A stretch of DNA of 64,000 nt, from NCBI GenBank assembly GCA_963555985.3, contig OY820591.1, positions 608,001-672,000 of the forward strand, given 5' to 3'. A program made the translations under genes and the position numbers. This stretch comes from Dehalococcoidia bacterium. Lineage in GTDB: Bacteria > Chloroflexota > Dehalococcoidia > Bin125. Under the pieces are notes generated by a model. That model did not search any database and had not been told where the DNA came from. It was given only the letters and a program-made list of their open reading frames with translations. The stretch's first letter is position 1, and each line of letters begins with the position of its first letter. Below are positions 45,161 to 54,759 of the stretch, one piece after another.

Positions 45161-46357
45161 CTAGCCCCCCGCGGCGGCGCTCTCGTAGATCGAGGCCGGG
45201 GCCGGCGGCAGATGGTAAATCCGCTCCGCCGTCGTCCGCAGCACCTTCTCGCGGATGCCCTCGTCGAGGTCGGTCAGGACTTCGGTGATGTGCTCCTGCG
45301 CCCTCGGGTAGAGACATGTCGGGTGGGGGAAGTCGGTCTCGAACATCACGTTGTCTTCGCCGATCGCCGAGATCGTGGCGCGCGGGCCGAAGTCCTCGAA
45401 CCAGAACGAGGCGAAGATCTGGCGGCGGAAGTACTCCGACGGCTTCATGTTCAGGCCTTCGCGCTCGGTCGGCACCGTCTCCTCGAACTGGTAGTCCATC
45501 GCCTCGAGCAGGAACGGCACCCAGCCGATCCCGGACTCGACCGAGACGAAGTTGAGGCCGGGGTAGCGCTCACAGAGGCCGGAGAAGATCAGGTTCATAA
45601 TCACCTTGAAGTTGGTGATAAACAGGCTGATCGAGATCAACGCCAGCGATCGCTGCGGGCCGTAGCCGGGCCAGAGCAGCTTGTCGGCCACGCCGGCGCC
45701 CGCGCCGATGTGGAAGTTGACCGGCATCTCCATGTCCTGGCAGGTGTCCCAGAACGGGTCCCAGGCCGGGTCGCCGAGGTGCGGCAAGCCGAACGCCTCG
45801 GGCGTGTCGCACATCGTGATCCCGGTCATGCCGAGATCCTTGATCCGCTGCAACTCATCGATGGCGGCCGGGATGTCCCAGAACGGAACCAGGCCCTGCG
45901 GGAAGAGGCGGCCTTCGCCCTCCTCCTGGAACTCGGCGATGGCGTCGTTGTAGACCGTGCAGCAGATGTTGCGCAGCTCGTGATCCTCGATCTTGACGAA
46001 GTTCTGCGAGCCGAAGCCGGCCACGTTCGGGTAGACGATCTGCTGGGCGATGCCGAGCCGGTCGAGCAGCTTGAGCCGCTCCTTGGGGTCGGTCGCGGCT
46101 TTGCTCATCTGCTCGAACGAGGCCAGCGAGATTGAGCCGTACTCCTTGCTGCCGTCCTCGCGCACGACCGTGAATCCGGGCGGGCCAAAGTCGATGTCGT
46201 CGAGCACCGTCCAGCGCTGGTTGCCCTCGTCATTCACCGTGATATGGGGCACGGCGTCCTTGTACTTCGCCGGCGCGCGCGAGGTCCAGAGGTCGGGCGG
46301 CTCGGTGTAGTGCGAGTCGATGTCGATGACGGGAATCCCGTGAACGGTGAGGGACAT
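45161..46357 (-). CDS. Amidohydrolase family 2 protein
   Basis: IDIDSH, NFHIG, VESGIGW, MFETDFPH. Confidence 0.9.
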   Translation of the reverse strand: MSLTVHGIPVIDIDSHYTEPPDLWTSRAPAKYKDAVPHITVNDEGNQRWTVLDDIDFGPPGFTVVREDGSKEYGSISLASFEQMSKAATDPKERLKLLDRLGIAQQIVYPNVAGFGSQNFVKIEDHELRNICCTVYNDAIAEFQEEGEGRLFPQGLVPFWDIPAAIDELQRIKDLGMTGITMCDTPEAFGLPHLGDPAWDPFWDTCQDMEMPVNFHIGAGAGVADKLLWPGYGPQRSLALISISLFITNFKVIMNLIFSGLCERYPGLNFVSVESGIGWVPFLLEAMDYQFEETVPTEREGLNMKPSEYFRRQIFASFWFEDFGPRATISAIGEDNVMFETDFPHPTCLYPRAQEHITEVLTDLDEGIREKVLRTTAERIYHLPPAPASIYESAAAGG

Positions 46358-46474
46358 GATGCGGTCTCCTTGGCAAGGACTGTGTTTGAACTCATGGTAA
46401 CGCCTCAGAATTCGGCTAGGAACGCTCCCAAAACTCTCCCCCTGCATCGCGCCGCGAGACGCGCGTAGAGACTT

Positions 46475-46530
46475 CCCTCACTCTCCCCCGCATCGCGGGG
46501 GGAGATGTCCCGTAGGGACAGAGGGGGGTC
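46475..46530. repeat. REP-like double hairpin
   Basis: CTCTCCCCCG..CGGGGGGAGATGTCCCGTAGGGACAGAGGGGGG, nearly identical to 62560-62615. Confidence 0.8.
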
Positions 46531-46548
46531 CAACCTGGAAGCTATTCC

Positions 46549-47595
46549 CTATCCGGCGGCGACCGCCAACTGCCGCCCGGCAAACTCCAGCGCCGCCGAC
46601 GCCGGCGTGATCCGCTCAGCCTCCGCCCGCGCAAAGACCTCCCGCGTCGTCTCATACACCCCCTCAGCGTGAGCCTCCGCCTGCTCATAACTCCACCCGC
46701 AGACCTCCTGCGCGACCGAGATCACCCCGCCTGAATTCACGACGTAATCCGGCGCATAGAGAATCCCGTGTTCGGCAAGCAGCTCCGCATCCTCCGGATC
46801 GCGTTCCAACTGATTGTTCGCCGCTCCGCAGACCGAACGCGCCGGCAGAAACGGAATCGTCTCCGCATTCAAAAGCCCGCCCAGCGCATTCGGCGAGAGC
46901 AGATCGCAGGGCGTCCTCAGCGCCTCGTCCACCGAGACTGTCTGCGCGCCCAGTTCCGCCGCCAGCGCCGCCGCCCCGATCGCGCGAATATCCGAGAGCA
47001 TCAGCCGCGCACCCTGCTCCGCAAGCGCCCGCGCCACCCGCGACCCCACCTTGCCTACGCCCAGAATCACGATCCGCCGCCCGTCCAGATCAGGATCGCC
47101 GTCCAGCGCCTCCAGCGTCGCCGCGATCCCCGCCAGCACCGTGGTCGCTGTCAGCGCCGAGGTATCACCGCTCCCGCCCAGCGCCTCCGACTTGCCCACC
47201 AGATGTGGCGTCCACTGCGAGAGTTGATCGATCTCGCTGGTCGTCGTGCCCACGTCGGTCGTGGTCAGAAACCGCCCCTCGAAGTGATTGACGAACTCCG
47301 CGTACGAGCGCAGTTGCGCCTCCGTCTTCTGCGACGGATCGCCCAGCACGACCGCCTTCCCGCCGCCAAACGGCAGCAGCGCCGCCGCCGACTTCAGCGT
47401 CATCGCCTGAGCCAACCGGCGGACATCCCTCAGCGCCTCATCAATGTCCGCGTAGGACAGCCAACGAGTGCCGCCGATCGCCGGCCCGCGAACGGTCGAG
47501 TGAATTGCGGCAGCGGCAGTCAGCTCCGCGTCTTCGTCGCGCCAGATGGCGATCTCCTCGTAGTCGTCGGTGGGAATCGTCGTCAGCTCGGCCAC
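46549..47595 (-). CDS. Glu/Leu/Phe/Val dehydrogenase
   Basis: GPAIGGTR, MTLK, GGGKAV, DVGT, GVGKVG, GAANNQL, YAPDYVVNSGG. Confidence 0.9.
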   Translation of the reverse strand: MAELTTIPTDDYEEIAIWRDEDAELTAAAAIHSTVRGPAIGGTRWLSYADIDEALRDVRRLAQAMTLKSAAALLPFGGGKAVVLGDPSQKTEAQLRSYAEFVNHFEGRFLTTTDVGTTTSEIDQLSQWTPHLVGKSEALGGSGDTSALTATTVLAGIAATLEALDGDPDLDGRRIVILGVGKVGSRVARALAEQGARLMLSDIRAIGAAALAAELGAQTVSVDEALRTPCDLLSPNALGGLLNAETIPFLPARSVCGAANNQLERDPEDAELLAEHGILYAPDYVVNSGGVISVAQEVCGWSYEQAEAHAEGVYETTREVFARAEAERITPASAALEFAGRQLAVAAG

Positions 47596-47703
47596 GCTGC
47601 GTCTCCTCACGTTCGCCCCCTCGTGGGGCCGCCAATTCAAAATTAGATCGCCTTGTCGCCGGCCGCGTCCCCGTTCTGCCAGACAATCAGCAGACGTTGT
47701 GTC

Positions 47704-48369
47704 TCAGGGAGCACGCCCGAATTGATCCGCAAATTCCCGCGTGTGCTCCGCAATCAACTCATCCGGCGCTTGCCCTGCGTAAATCCGCACGATCACCCCG
47801 TCCGGATCAACAAAAAACGACCGCGGCGGGCCGTTCGGCCCGCCCCCGCCATAGGCCCGAAACACCGTCCCGCTGTAGTCCATCGGCAAGACGTAGTTGA
47901 TCCCGAACTCCGAAGCGAACTCCTGCGCCGGATCGTCCGCCTCCTCAATGTTCACCCCCACGATCAGCAAACCGCTCTCCCCGTGCTCAGTTTGTGCCCG
48001 AATCAGCGCCGGAACCTCACGCCGGCAAGGGCCGCACCACGACGCCCAGAAATTAATCAGGATCGGCTGCCCGCGATAGTCCGAAAGCCGAAACGTTTCG
48101 CCGTCAAGCGTTTGCAGCTCGAAGTCCGGCGCGAGCTCGCCGCTCCGCGATCCGACCTCGCGTCCGTCCACGACCAACTCGGCCGGCAGCGCGACCACGC
48201 CCCCGTCAGCGCTCGGGCTTGGCTGGAGCAACGTCAACCAGAGCGCCGCCGCGACCGCCGCGACCACACCGACCGCCGCGATCACCGTCCGCGCCCCGTG
48301 ATACTCACGCGGACGATTCGGATTCTCGTGCGGCAAGCCGTCGTCGGGCTGGTGCTCGGATTCACTCAT
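47704..48369 (-). CDS. TlpA/ResA-like membrane-anchored thiol-disulfide oxidoreductase
   Basis: TM helix, APDFEL, NFWASWCGPC. Confidence 0.9.
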   Translation of the reverse strand: MSESEHQPDDGLPHENPNRPREYHGARTVIAAVGVVAAVAAALWLTLLQPSPSADGGVVALPAELVVDGREVGSRSGELAPDFELQTLDGETFRLSDYRGQPILINFWASWCGPCRREVPALIRAQTEHGESGLLIVGVNIEEADDPAQEFASEFGINYVLPMDYSGTVFRAYGGGGPNGPPRSFFVDPDGVIVRIYAGQAPDELIAEHTREFADQFGRAP

Positions 48370-48419
48370 GGGGCGGATATCATGCCCTTGCAACACACTC
48401 GTGAGCGGACGGAGGGACA

Positions 48420-48926
48420 ATGCCGGCTGAGTCGATCCCCGCCGATCAATTCCTCGAAGCGATTCGGGACGCAGGCGTCCAGGACATCGTCCTGGTCCCC
48501 GACACCCACCAGCGTACGCTGCTTGATCTCTTGATGGCCGACCCCGGCATTCGCACAGTCCACTGTTCCACCGAAGACGAGGCCGTCGCCATCTCGGCCG
48601 GCCTGATCATCGGCGGACGGCGGCCGATGATGCAAATCCAGCACGCCGGACTCTACGCCTCTGTCAACAACCTGCGCGGCGTCGCCCTCGACGGACACTT
48701 CCCCATCGTCCTCCTGATCGGCCTGCTCGGCCGCGACCCCGAACTCGACCCGCGCGACGACGGCGGCTCAATGGTCAGACTCTGCGAACCGCTGCTCGAC
48801 ACCCTGGGCATTCCCTCGCACCTGCTCGACAGCGCCGACGACCTCCATCACGTCGCCGCCGCCTTCGCTGAAGCCGCCGAACGCCAGGGCCCTGTAGCTC
48901 TGCTGGTAGGAGCGCCCACCGCATGA
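48420..48926 (+). CDS. TPP-dependent decarboxylase alpha subunit (sulfopyruvate/phosphonopyruvate decarboxylase-like)
   Basis: VPD, EDEAVAISAG, IQHAGL. Confidence 0.75.
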   Translation: MPAESIPADQFLEAIRDAGVQDIVLVPDTHQRTLLDLLMADPGIRTVHCSTEDEAVAISAGLIIGGRRPMMQIQHAGLYASVNNLRGVALDGHFPIVLLIGLLGRDPELDPRDDGGSMVRLCEPLLDTLGIPSHLLDSADDLHHVAAAFAEAAERQGPVALLVGAPTA

Positions 48927-49540
48927 CCGACACCCCCCAAGCCGAACAGACCGACCAGCGCATGTCCCTCGAAGCCGCGCTCGACGTGCTCGCGCGCAGA
49001 CGCGATCAGCAGGTCGTCGTCGGCACCATGACCGCCAACGGCCCCTGGCGCGAGCGCTCTCCCCACGAACTCAACCTCGCCTGCATCGGTTTCATGGGCG
49101 GAGCCTCCGCGCTGGGCTTGGGCGTCGCCCTCTCCCAGCCCGACCGAGACGTCTGGGTGATTGACGGCGACGGCTCCCTGATGATGCAGCTCGGCTCGCT
49201 CGGCACGATCGCCGGCGCCGCCCCAGCCAACTTCGTCCACATCGTCATCCACAACGGCGTCTACGAGACCAGCGGCGCCCAACCCGTGCCCTCGGAGGCC
49301 AGCGTCGACTTCGCCGCCATGGCCGCAGGCGCGGGTTACCGCCAGACCGCCATCTTCGCCGATGTTGAGGAGTTCGACAGCGCCCTGGACGAGCTCCTGG
49401 CCGCGGAAGGCCCAACCCTGATCGAACTCCGAACCCGTCCCGGAGGCAAATTCTTCACCGCCCGCCCCACCCCCGTCGGCAGCACCCCCGCCCTAGCCCG
49501 AATGTGGCCCCCAGTCGCCGAGGCCCTGAACCAAGCGTGA
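48923..49540 (+). CDS. TPP-dependent decarboxylase beta subunit
   Basis: MGGASALGLG, GDGSLMM..HNG TPP motif; ATGA overlap. Confidence 0.8.
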   Translation: MTDTPQAEQTDQRMSLEAALDVLARRRDQQVVVGTMTANGPWRERSPHELNLACIGFMGGASALGLGVALSQPDRDVWVIDGDGSLMMQLGSLGTIAGAAPANFVHIVIHNGVYETSGAQPVPSEASVDFAAMAAGAGYRQTAIFADVEEFDSALDELLAAEGPTLIELRTRPGGKFFTARPTPVGSTPALARMWPPVAEALNQA

Positions 49541-49575
49541 GATCCGAAAGCTGATGAACAGGCTACGGTGAGGCT

Positions 49576-50799
49576 ATGAACGGCAGCTACACCGACGCGG
49601 AACTTAGGGCCATGATGGCGGACCTCGAGTCCGAACTCGTGGAGCGCAAGGCGGTGCTCGCCGGAACCGCGCGTGAGCGGATCCGTGAGGCGATCTGCGC
49701 GTTCGCCAACGATGTCCAGGGCCACGATCGCCCGGGTGTCGTCTTTCTGGGCCTTGAGGACGACGGTTCGCCGTCCGGGATGACGATCTCTGAGCCTGTG
49801 CTGCTCACGCTTGCTGACATGAAGACCGACGGCAACATCCTCCCCCAACCGAGCATGTCGGTGAAGAAACACGAATTGCCAGGCGGGGAAGTGGCCTCGA
49901 TCACAGTCTGGCCGTCCGATTCGCCGCCGCTGCGATACGCAGGCCGGATTTGGGTGCGAATCGGCCCCCGTCGCGGACTGGCGAGCGCCCAGGACGAACG
50001 CATCCTCAATGAACGGCGCAGAATGAAGGACGCGCACTACGACATCCTGCCGGTACCCGGTGCGCGGCTCGAAGACTTGAACCTGCGCCGCTTTGAGGAG
50101 GACTATCTCCCCGCTGCCTTCAGTCGCGAGCTGTTGGATGCGAACGATCGTAATCTCGAGCAACGCCTCGCCGCGCTTCGCATGATCGTCTCTCTCCACG
50201 ATCCTCGGCCAACAATGACCGGCTTGTTGGTCTTGGCGGACGATCCGCAGCGCTATCTGCCCGGCGCGTACATCCAATTCCTGCGCATCGGCGGCGAGCA
50301 ACTCACCGATCCAATTCTCGATTCCTCGGTCTGCAAGGGCAATCTCACGGCCTTGACGAAAGAGCTCGGCTTACACCTGCGCGCGCATAACCGCATCGCC
50401 GTGGACATCACCAGCGGGCCGCTCGAACGCAGATATCCCGACTACCCGATGCGAGCCTTGGAAGAGCTCATCAACAACGCCGTCATGCACCGCGCATACG
50501 AGGGCACCAACGCTCCAATTCGCGTGTATTGGTACGACGACCGGATCGAAATCTCCAGTCCCGGTGGTCCCTCGGGCATCATCACCGCCGACAACTTTGG
50601 CCAGCCCGGTCTCGTTGACTATCGCAACCCCAACCTGGCTGAGGCGATGCGAGTCTTGAATCTGGTGCAGCGCTACGGCGTTGGCCTCTTGATCGCCCGT
50701 CAAGAGCTGCACCAGAACGGACAACACGCACCGGAGTTTCACGTAGATGCACGGCAAGTCCGCTGCATCGTCTGGAAGCAGAAACGACCGGACACCTGA
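49576..50799 (+). CDS. AlbA_2 (Schlafen-like) + HATPase_c_4 domain protein
   Basis: ESELVERK, ICAFAN, YPMRALEELINNAVMHRAY, RNPNLAE. Confidence 0.85.
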   Translation: MNGSYTDAELRAMMADLESELVERKAVLAGTARERIREAICAFANDVQGHDRPGVVFLGLEDDGSPSGMTISEPVLLTLADMKTDGNILPQPSMSVKKHELPGGEVASITVWPSDSPPLRYAGRIWVRIGPRRGLASAQDERILNERRRMKDAHYDILPVPGARLEDLNLRRFEEDYLPAAFSRELLDANDRNLEQRLAALRMIVSLHDPRPTMTGLLVLADDPQRYLPGAYIQFLRIGGEQLTDPILDSSVCKGNLTALTKELGLHLRAHNRIAVDITSGPLERRYPDYPMRALEELINNAVMHRAYEGTNAPIRVYWYDDRIEISSPGGPSGIITADNFGQPGLVDYRNPNLAEAMRVLNLVQRYGVGLLIARQELHQNGQHAPEFHVDARQVRCIVWKQKRPDT

Positions 50800-50813
50800 G
50801 CCGTATCTGCCCT

Positions 50814-51695
50814 CTAGTGACCATCCCCCTCAACCAACTCCGGCTCCGACACACACCCATTCTCCAACGACCCAATCCCGTCAATCTCAATCCGCACCAC
50901 ATCGCCCGCCGTCAGCCACGGCGGCGGCGTCATCGCCGCCGCCACCCCCGACGGCGTCCCCGTCGCAATGATGTCCCCAGGCTCCAGCGTCATCGCTTCC
51001 GTGATGTAGGCCACGATGTCGTAGCAGTCGAAAATCAGGTGCTTCGTGTTTGAGTTCTGACGCAAGTCGCCATTCACATAGGTGCGAATCCCCAGGTTGT
51101 GCGGATCGCCCAGTTCATCCCCCGTCACGATCACCGGACCCACCGGGCCGTGCGTGTCGAACGACTTCCCCATCGTGAACTGCCGCGTCCGGTTCTGATA
51201 ATCCCGCACCGACACATCGTTCACAATCGTGTACCCCGCGATCACCCGATGCGCGTCCGCCGCCGGCACATGCCGGCACGTCTCCCCAATCACAACCCCC
51301 AGCTCGCCCTCATAGTCCACCGCCCGCGACACGCGCGGAATCTGAATCGCCCCGCCCGGATCATTCACGCAGCTCACCTGCTTCGTGAACACGGTCGGAT
51401 AGCGAGGCGTCTCCGACCCCGTCTCCGCGATGTGATCCCCGTAATTCAGGCCAATCGCCAAAAACTTCACCGGGTTCGGTACCGGCGACAGCAACTGCAC
51501 GTCACCCAGCGGCCGCCGATTCCCGCCCCGCTCCACCGCCATCTCCGCCATCACCCGCCCGTCTTCGCCCAGCGCCAGAAACTCGCGCATATCCGTCGGC
51601 GCCTCCGGCTCCGCGAGATACAGATCGACGATCTCGTCGTCCACCACGACGCCGACCCGCACCGTGTCTTCAAAGGAAAAACTGGCCAAGCGCAT
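50814..51695 (-). CDS. Fumarylacetoacetate hydrolase family protein
   Basis: GLNYGDH, DYEGEL, NDVSVRD, GKSFDT, TGTPSG. Confidence 0.92.
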   Translation of the reverse strand: MRLASFSFEDTVRVGVVVDDEIVDLYLAEPEAPTDMREFLALGEDGRVMAEMAVERGGNRRPLGDVQLLSPVPNPVKFLAIGLNYGDHIAETGSETPRYPTVFTKQVSCVNDPGGAIQIPRVSRAVDYEGELGVVIGETCRHVPAADAHRVIAGYTIVNDVSVRDYQNRTRQFTMGKSFDTHGPVGPVIVTGDELGDPHNLGIRTYVNGDLRQNSNTKHLIFDCYDIVAYITEAMTLEPGDIIATGTPSGVAAAMTPPPWLTAGDVVRIEIDGIGSLENGCVSEPELVEGDGH

Positions 51696-51734
51696 TCCGC
51701 GCTCCTCTCATGAGTGGTTGTGACATGTCTCAGG

Positions 51735-54176
51735 CTAGTCGCCCCGAGCCGCGAGCGGAATCGTCCCAATCACGTCGTCCACCTCCATCTGATCGATCTC
51801 CGCCTCAGTCAACAAAGTCAGCCGCGCCAGCACCTCGCGCGTATCGCGCCCAAGCGTCGGCGACGGACGATCGACCTCCGGGCCGCTCCAGTTGCCGAAG
51901 CGGTAGGGCTGCAATGGATAGCGCCGAGCGCCCGCATAGGTGTGCTGCTGGGTGATGAAGAAGTCGCGCGCTTGCAGGTGCTGGTCTTCCAACAAGTCGC
52001 GCCCGTCGTAGACCACGCCGGCCGCAATCCGCAATCCCTGCAACTCGCGCATCAACTGCCCGGCGTCGCGCTCGCGCGTCCACTCGGCGATCGCAGCGTC
52101 GATCTCGCTACGGGCCGCGCTGCGCTCGCTGAAAGTGCCGTAGCGCCGGATCCAGTCCTCCCGACCCATCAGCCGCGCCAGATCGGCGAACTGTACGTCG
52201 CTCTCACACGCAATCGCGATCCAGTGATCGTCCTGACAGGGATAGGTGTTGTGCGGCGCGATCCGCGGGTGATAGTTCCCCACCCGCCCCGGATCTTCGC
52301 CCGAGATCGAGTACGCCGTCACCGCTTCGCCCGTGAACGACGTGGCCGTCTCGGTCTGCGAGAGGTCGATATGGCAGCCGCCCGGCTCACCCTGAGCGTT
52401 CAGCCGACGCCGGCGCTCCAACGCCGACAACAAGGCCAGCGCCCCCATGATCCCGGCCAGCGGATCGCCGCCCGTCGTCCCGCTGAAAATCGGCTGGTCG
52501 TCCGCGTAGCCCGTCAGATGCGGCAGCCCCGACATCTGCTCGGTCGTGTTGGCGAACGCCGTGTAGTGCGACCACGTACCGGTCAGCCCGAAACCAGGCA
52601 TCGAGATCATGATCAGCTCGGGATTGATCTCGCGCAGCTCCTCATACGACAGCCCGAAATTCCCCATCACACGAGGCGTGTAGTTCTCCACGAGAATGTC
52701 GGCCTCTTTGACCATGTGGCGAATCACGTCCGCGCCGCGCCGGTCGGTCAGATTGAGCGTGATCCCATGCTTGTTCCGGTTGACCCAGTTGAACTGCGGC
52801 GCCCACTCCCACCAGAACTCCTCGCTCGCGCCGCCCGCCCGCCAGCCGTCAATCCGCTGCACCGACTCCACCTTGATCACGTCCGCCCCCCCATCCGCGA
52901 AGACCAGCGACGTCATCGGCCCCGACATGAACATCGACAGATCAATCACCCGCAGCCCCTCCAGCGGCCTCTCTCCATTACTCCCGCGCCCTCCTCCGTC
53001 ATTCCCGCGCTTGTCGCGGGAATCTCGATCCCTGGCCTCCCACACTCCCGCCCGAACCTCTGCGTCATGCTCCCCCAGCAGCGGAGTCCGACTCCCTAAC
53101 GGCCGCTCCTCCCCGAACATCCACGGAATCCCCGGCATTCGCACATGACCCGCGCGCGGATGCTCAAAGTCAAAAAAGAACGCCCGCTCCCGATGCGGCA
53201 GCAAGTTCATCACATCGGACAACGTCGGAATCAACCCGAACGGAATCCGCCAAGTCTGAGCGTCGTGAAAGACATCCTCCGCCGTCCGAGGACGAGTCAG
53301 ATCGGCCAACTCGTTCGCCAGTTCGCGGGAGTTGGCCGTTCGCGCCCACGGATCGGCAAACAACGGATCCTCGATGAACTCCGGCTTGCCGAAGAACTGG
53401 CAGAGCATCTCCCACTGCGCCTGCGTCAGCACGTTCGCGCCCACATACCCATCGGAGGTGGGCAGTATGAACGACGGCGCCGGCCCGATATCGGCGCCCC
53501 GCACGCCGATCGTGCCGGTGTAGTCGTAACGCTGCACCGGCAGCAGCGCCGCGTTGACCGCCGTCTCCATCACCGACACATCCACATGATCGCCGCGACC
53601 GCGCTCCTGCGCCGCATACACCGCGATCAGCGTCGCCACCGCCGCATACGCCCCGGTCAGCGTCTCCGTCACCGAAGCCCCCAACTGAAGCGGCTCCCGA
53701 TCCGCCCGCCCGCACAGATGCGTAAACCCGCCCAGCGCCCCCGCGATCAGATGGTTCCACTCCCAATCGGCATACGGCCCCACCGACCCAAAACCGCTCA
53801 CAGTCGTCAGCACGACCCGAGGATTCCGCGCCGACAAGTCCCCATAGCCAAGCCCCCGAGCCGCCAGCGATGGCTCGGTCTCATGCGAGATCACCACATC
53901 AGCCTGCTCAAGCAACCGCGCCCGGAGCGCCAGATCGTCAGGGTTCGACGGATCGATCACCACACTGCGCTTCGACGTATTGGCGTACAGGAACGCAGCC
54001 GAAGCCTCGATGTCCTCAGACCCGGCGAACGGACCGCGCCGGCGCGCCGAGTCCCCCTGCGGCGGCTCCAGCTTGATCACGTCCGCGCCCAGATCGCCCA
54101 GCAACTTCGCCGCAAACGGAGCCGCCAGACCCTCCGAGACGTCCAAGACCCTCAGTCCATTCAGCGCCGTGGTCAT
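51735..54176 (-). CDS. Two-domain family III CoA-transferase (CaiB/BaiF)
   Basis: Two L.GLRV.D.S..GADVIK.E..N..K units. Confidence 0.92.
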   Translation of the reverse strand: MTTALNGLRVLDVSEGLAAPFAAKLLGDLGADVIKLEPPQGDSARRRGPFAGSEDIEASAAFLYANTSKRSVVIDPSNPDDLALRARLLEQADVVISHETEPSLAARGLGYGDLSARNPRVVLTTVSGFGSVGPYADWEWNHLIAGALGGFTHLCGRADREPLQLGASVTETLTGAYAAVATLIAVYAAQERGRGDHVDVSVMETAVNAALLPVQRYDYTGTIGVRGADIGPAPSFILPTSDGYVGANVLTQAQWEMLCQFFGKPEFIEDPLFADPWARTANSRELANELADLTRPRTAEDVFHDAQTWRIPFGLIPTLSDVMNLLPHRERAFFFDFEHPRAGHVRMPGIPWMFGEERPLGSRTPLLGEHDAEVRAGVWEARDRDSRDKRGNDGGGRGSNGERPLEGLRVIDLSMFMSGPMTSLVFADGGADVIKVESVQRIDGWRAGGASEEFWWEWAPQFNWVNRNKHGITLNLTDRRGADVIRHMVKEADILVENYTPRVMGNFGLSYEELREINPELIMISMPGFGLTGTWSHYTAFANTTEQMSGLPHLTGYADDQPIFSGTTGGDPLAGIMGALALLSALERRRRLNAQGEPGGCHIDLSQTETATSFTGEAVTAYSISGEDPGRVGNYHPRIAPHNTYPCQDDHWIAIACESDVQFADLARLMGREDWIRRYGTFSERSAARSEIDAAIAEWTRERDAGQLMRELQGLRIAAGVVYDGRDLLEDQHLQARDFFITQQHTYAGARRYPLQPYRFGNWSGPEVDRPSPTLGRDTREVLARLTLLTEAEIDQMEVDDVIGTIPLAARGD
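52994..53027. repeat. REP unit inside the CoA-transferase coding sequence
   Basis: CCGTCATTCCCGCGCTTGTCGCGGGAATCTCG, 2 differences from intergenic copy 17305-17336. Confidence 0.85.
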
Positions 54177-54307
54177 GTCGCCGCTCCGACCTGCAACTCC
54201 AACCCGTGCAGGGTAATCGTTGTCGATTCCAGTCGAATGGAACTTTCAGTCCCCGCTTCACGCGGGGACCAGCTCGGTCGGTGGGAGCCACTGGCCAACT
54301 CCCAACC

Positions 54308-54544
54308 TCAGCGCCCCGAGCGCTGCTTGTGCATCGGCAACTGCGTCGCCATCCGATGCTCCGGCGATTTGTAGTGCTCGTAGAGCTCTTCGCGCAGCGC
54401 GTCTTCCGCTTCTGAGGAGAACGCCGCCTCGCAAGGATCGCAACTCACCGTCACCGGCCCGGCGTCCGCCGCGACTCCGCGAAAGGCGTCCCGCGCCGTC
54501 CTCCGCGCGAGCTGTTCGTGCAGGCGATTGCGAAAACTTGCCAT
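54308..54544 (-). CDS. Small putative C2H2-type metal-binding protein
   Basis: CDPC..F..L.EHYKSPEH. Confidence 0.5.
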   Translation of the reverse strand: MASFRNRLHEQLARRTARDAFRGVAADAGPVTVSCDPCEAAFSSEAEDALREELYEHYKSPEHRMATQLPMHKQRSGR

Positions 54545-54560
54545 CCCGTTCCAGCTTTCC

Positions 54561-54692
54561 GAGGCCGTTGCAAACTCCCGTTTCCGTCATTCCTGCGAAC
54601 GCGGGAATCCATCCAGCGCATCGAGTGAGACGTGGATTCTCGCGTTCGCAAGAATCACGAAACGCTCAGATCGGGAATCTTGCAAGGCGCTC
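54561..54692. repeat. REP doublet inside imperfect terminal IRs (MITE-like)
   Basis: GAGGCCGTTGCAA..TTGCAAGGCGCTC ends around ATTCCTGCGAACGCGGGAAT and a decayed inverted partner. Confidence 0.65.
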
Positions 54693-54759
54693 CTTTCCCA
54701 GAGACACCTAGACTCAGGCCAGCGTACGGCAAGGTCCGAAACAAGGCTTGGAGTTGGGC

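Noticed and set aside
48420-49540. Coenzyme M or phosphonate biosynthesis cluster
   Set aside because: Only the decarboxylase pair is present; no comABC or pepM nearby, so the substrate is left unassigned
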